Program-made: the position numbers and the translations under genes
Part shown: positions 57,672-61,863 of the stretch, piece after piece
Layout of the letters: every line of letters begins with the position of its first letter
How positions within the stretch are numbered: the stretch's first letter is position 1
Source of the DNA: Paraspadella gotoi
Lineage: Eukaryota; Animalia; Chaetognatha
Assembly: GCA_051294375.1 (NCBI GenBank)
Contig: CM119267.1
Coordinates: 4,335,019 to 4,396,881, forward strand
Direction: 5' to 3'
Length of the DNA: 61,863 nucleotides
The notes under the pieces: generated by a model
Told to the model about the DNA's origin: nothing
What the model saw: only the letters and a program-made list of their open reading frames with translations
Databases searched by the model: none

Positions 57672-59980
57672 CTAATTCTTATCCCCTCCCCCAACAACGT
57701 TGGCTTGAATCGGCGATTGTCCCTTGGTGCCCGGGATCGGCGACCCGTTGCATCGATCCGAGCATCTATCGGCGCATCTGTCGTTGCACCTGTCGTTGCA
57801 CCTGTCGGCGCATCGCTCGGCGATGTCGTTGATGGCGTCCCTTTGGTCTTTTGTCAGAGTCAGGTTGAAAGCGCCCTCTAGCATCGTGGATACGGGCGAG
57901 GAAGAGGATGAGGAGGATGTGGTAACGCCTTGACGTCCCGTGTTGACCATCAGAGGGCGCGGCGACAGTCGATTGGCGCCGGTAGAGGCGCCCGTGACGG
58001 CGGCGCCCTCTCGACCAGCGCCACCGGCGTCGACGCGAACGATGCGCGCCGATTCCATCTCGTGATCTTTGGCGTTGATGGCGAATTCGGTGGAGACGCG
58101 AAGCGGAGACCCACGACCTCTCACGTCGTCTTCGTCGTCTTCATCCTTGGCGCCTCTGTGCCCGCGCCCTTGACCGACGCCACCGTTAGCGCCGTGCCCG
58201 ACTGGAGGCGTCGTTCCGGGCGAAGGACTGTTCCTCGGCGGCGTGTGACGATGATGTCCGCCCGCCGACGCTGCGAAGCTCGGCGCCAACAACGAAGCGG
58301 CCGTCGCCGCCACCGACGCAGCCGGACCTCTGCCCGTCTGCCCGTTGATCCCTTTGCCGACTTGGCGCGCCGCTTCCAAGTCCTCCACGGCCTTGATTCG
58401 CGCCCGGCGCTCTTTCTTCAACCGGCGTTGGAAGAAGATGGTGTTCCTTCTCGTCTCGTGGAGTTGCTTCTCCACGCTCTCTCTCATCTCTCTCTCTCTC
58501 AACGCTTCCATCTTGATCTCAGCCTTTTCAAAGTTCAACTGACGCTCCCACTGGCGGGCGTTGTCCGCCGCCACTTTGAGGAGACCCTGGATGTTGAGAA
58601 GGAGGGTCTCGATGGAGGAGACGTTGGCGGCGGCGGCTTCCGGCCCGACGAGAAAGTGGGGCAGATCTCTGGCGGCCTTGCGGGCATCGTCGTCTTCGTC
58701 GTCGTCTCGACCGTCGTCCATGCGGTCGTCGTCGGCTGGATTGTTGTTGTTGTTGTTACTGCTGCTGTTGTTGTTGTTGTTGTGGGAACGAGAAGTCGGG
58801 AGGTTTTCCTCGTCGTGGGGTTCTCTCTTTCGATCGGCGCCGCTAGGATTGGCGGCGGCGCTGGCGGCGGCGGCGGTGAGAGAGATGGAGAGATTAAGCG
58901 GCGCCGGCGCTAAATCGTCGTCGTCCATTTCAGATTGATTCGAGACGCTGTCTTTGTCATCGTCGGTGGCGTCGTCTTTATCGTGTTCCGGTTCGGACAC
59001 TTCGGACAAGCCCGCCGGGCTGGCGTCGCGACTACCCGCGCGGCGACGTCCCGCGCCCGAATTGCCGGCGCCGTGAGCCGCGTGGGGCATCGGGGGCACG
59101 CCGAGATGCGAGGCGAGACCGGCGGCGGCAGCGGCGGCCGCCGCGCCGCTCCTTGGGTGACCCATCATCGGTCCGTGCGGATGATGATGGGGCGAAAGAG
59201 CGTGAAAGACGGGAAGTCCGCCCGGAAGATGGCGGTGGCTGTGATGCCATTGAGCGGCGGCCGCGGCGGCGGCTGCGGCGGCGACAGCGGCGTTGTCGCT
59301 CAGGGATGAAGCGGCGTGGTTGGATTTTTCGTTGGCGGCGCTGACGGCCGCTGCTGCGGCGTTGAGATGCAGCACGCTGCCGTTTCGCGCTCCGTTGCCG
59401 GCGACGCTACCGTAGATGCTCGTCAGCGGCGTCTTGACCGGCACCTCGGACGTCATTGGACCGGCGTCGGGCGATGGAGGACCGGCGTCGTGTCCGCCGC
59501 CCATATCCGTCCCGGCGTCGCGTTCATCTTTACTTCGTGGAGAATAGACATCGTCACGATTGTCGCCGCCTTCGGAAGATGGCGCCGGTGACGCTGCCAA
59601 ACGCCGCGGATCACCGTCGCCGCGGAGGTGCGCCAGTGGATGAGCGCCACCACCGGCGCCGCCAGAGGACGCCAACGACGCCGCCAAGCCGTGCAGCAGC
59701 CCGGCAGGGTGAGGCCCGAATGGCGGAGGCAGGCCGGGGTAAGGGAGACCCGAAGAAGCGGCGGCGGCCGCCGCCAGCGGATTATGAGGGTAATGGTTGT
59801 ATCCGCCGTTGAGGAGCGGCGAGGTGTTGGCGGAGCCGGAATTGGCGCCGCCGCCACCTCCGCCGCCAGCGCCGCCACCGTTACCGCCGCCGCCGCCGGC
59901 GGAGTGTTTTTCCTTCTCCATGCCCGCCTGAGCCTGAGCGAGGGCGGAGTAGTAAGCGGACAACATTTCGGTGGAGGCGG
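57672..59980 (-). CDS. dac: Dachshund-family transcription factor, 5'-partial (low-complexity linker, DD2/DACHbox-C coiled coil, C-terminal tail)
   Basis: SSIETLLLNIQGLLKVAADNARQWERQLNFEKAEIKMEALREREMRESVEKQLHETRRNTIFFQRRLKKERRAR (~58619-58400) closely matches the DACH DD2 box (SSIETLLTNIQGLLKVA...LKMDFLRERELRETLEKQL...QKRLKKEKKAK). A PLNLS motif lies upstream. The frame stays open into the N-gap at 59981, and the DD1 (Ski/Sno) domain is not in the readable sequence. Confidence 0.9.
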
Positions 59981-61124
59981 NNNNNNNNNNNNNNNNNNNN
60001 NNNNNNNNNNNNNNNNNNNNNNNNNNNNNNNNNNNNNNNNNNNNNNNNNNNNNNNNNNNNNNNNNNNNNNNNNNNNNNNNNNNNNNNNNNNNNNNNNNNN
60101 NNNNNNNNNNNNNNNNNNNNNNNNNNNNNNNNNNNNNNNNNNNNNNNNNNNNNNNNNNNNNNNNNNNNNNNNNNNNNNNNNNNNNNNNNNNNNNNNNNNN
60201 NNNNNNNNNNNNNNNNNNNNNNNNNNNNNNNNNNNNNNNNNNNNNNNNNNNNNNNNNNNNNNNNNNNNNNNNNNNNNNNNNNNNNNNNNNNNNNNNNNNN
60301 NNNNNNNNNNNNNNNNNNNNNNNNNNNNNNNNNNNNNNNNNNNNNNNNATTCATTCATTCATTCATTCATTCATTTTTTCATTCATTTTTTTATTCATTC
60401 ATTCATTTTTCATTCATTCATTCGTTGAGCCATTCAGTCATTCCATGTTTTCCTTAACAATTCTTGGTTCTGTTAGGCAAACTCTTTCTATTGGAATAAA
60501 AAAAGCAAAAAAACCTTTAAAGTGAAAAATGCGAAAATAAAAAAGCGGGAAACTTGAGAGAATCCAAGAAGAACTCACACGGAGACAAAAGAGAGAGAGA
60601 GAGAGAGAGAGAGCAGACATTCAAAGGAATCGGTAGAGTGGGAGTTAGAAGAGTTACAGAAGAGAGAAGAGAAGAGAAGAAGAGAGAGAGAGCAAGAGAG
60701 AGAGAGAGAGAGAGAGAGAGACAAAGGCTTATTAGACAGATAGTTCGGTATTCCCAGCAGAGGAATTTGTTTTCTCTTTTGCCCGGGGAGGAAGAGGAGG
60801 AGGAAGAGGAGGATGAGGAGGTGAAGTAGGAGGAGGAGGAAGAGGAGGAGGAAAGGAAAGGAATGAGACGAGGATCTCCTTTTAAGGCATCAATTTGAGC
60901 GAAGAGGTTTCTTATTTTTTTTCGCTCGACTTAAAAAACTAAATATTTTCGTTTCTGCGGTTCTGCGATGAATAAGGAATGTTTCATGACCATGTCATGT
61001 CATGTCACGTCAAAAACGTTGATTTCGTCACAAATAAATGTCAAGTACAAACTTTTGTTCTTTTGTGACAGGAGATAAGGGGGAAAAAACTTTTTCAAAT
61101 CCCTTGATTTTTCTTTGATATAAA

Positions 61125-61160
<36 letters not shown>

Positions 61161-61863
61161 NNNNNNNNNNNNNNNNNNNNNNNNNNNNNNNNNNNNNNNN
61201 NNNNNNNNNNNNNNNNNNNNNNNNNNNNNNNNNNNNNNNNNNNNNNNNNNNNNNNNNNNNNNNNNNNNNNNNNNNNNNNNNNNNNNNNNNNNNNNNNNNN
61301 NNNNNNNNNNNNNNNNNNNNNNNNNNNNNNNNNNNNNNNNNNNNNNNNNNNNNNNNNNNNNNNNNNNNNNNNNNTCTCTCTCTCTCTCTACGTCAACTAT
61401 TTCGTCAGTTTTATCGAAGAAGAATTCGATCCAGAGTCGCCATTTTGTTTTGCGTTTAGAATAAACAATTTTTAAAAAAGGATTTTTTTTTCATTGAGGT
61501 CTACTATTACGTTTTTATATTTTTAGATCAAAACAAGTTAATGACCTGACAATGCGTACGAATTTAAATGCCAACTGCAAACCGCTAAATGTTTTTATGC
61601 ATTAAACGTAATTAAAATTAATGTACCCTAGACTGAAATATAGAATGTTTACCCTTCAGCATTACGTACGCACGGAAAATTGGAAATATTTACTTTTTCT
61701 TCGTTAATTTATAATTTAATACATTTAATTAACAACCTGTAAATGATTGAATTAATTACTAATTATAATTTTCTTAATTAATTACTCAATCCTTCTTAGC
61801 TTCTTAGGATATTGGCTCGCTCAGTTTGCCAGGATCGAAAAAATGAAATGCAAGAAAAAAAAA

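Noticed and set aside
57582-59812. Plus-strand ORFs overlapping dachshund (e.g. 57930-58913, 327 aa)
   Set aside because: Antisense shadows of a GC-rich coding exon.

Overview
Eukaryotic (invertebrate metazoan) scaffold that is gappy and rich in (GA)n, (GTC)n and (GCC)n microsatellites. Parts look like noisy long-read gap-fill: several exactly 25-N gaps, indel-divergent local duplications and an ~8 kb fold-back at 26.2-34.2 kb. Three protein-coding units are supported, all on the minus strand. (1) A small three-exon GT-AG spliced gene at 13868-14801, missed by the ORF track, encodes a 109-aa protein that looks like a free-standing non-LTR retrotransposon ORF2 C-terminal CCHC zinc-knuckle domain (candidate domesticated LINE domain). 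(2) An intronless 1061-aa secreted modular protein at 40107-43292 has a signal peptide, an EECC..C..EY motif, LDLa, two SRCR domains, a long helical region with one hydrophobic stretch and an unassigned C-terminal domain, behind a TATA+Inr promoter. (3) The 3' part of a dachshund gene (DD2 box) lies in one >2.3 kb exon at 57672-59980. Also present are a 3.2 kb non-autonomous hAT-type element with an exact 8-bp TSD, several minisatellites and a frameshifted SGNH-esterase (LINE ORF1-like) remnant. Nearly all other ORF-track entries are microsatellite, gap or antisense artefacts. No rRNA, tRNA or CRISPR array was recognised. All homology calls are by eye, not from database searches.
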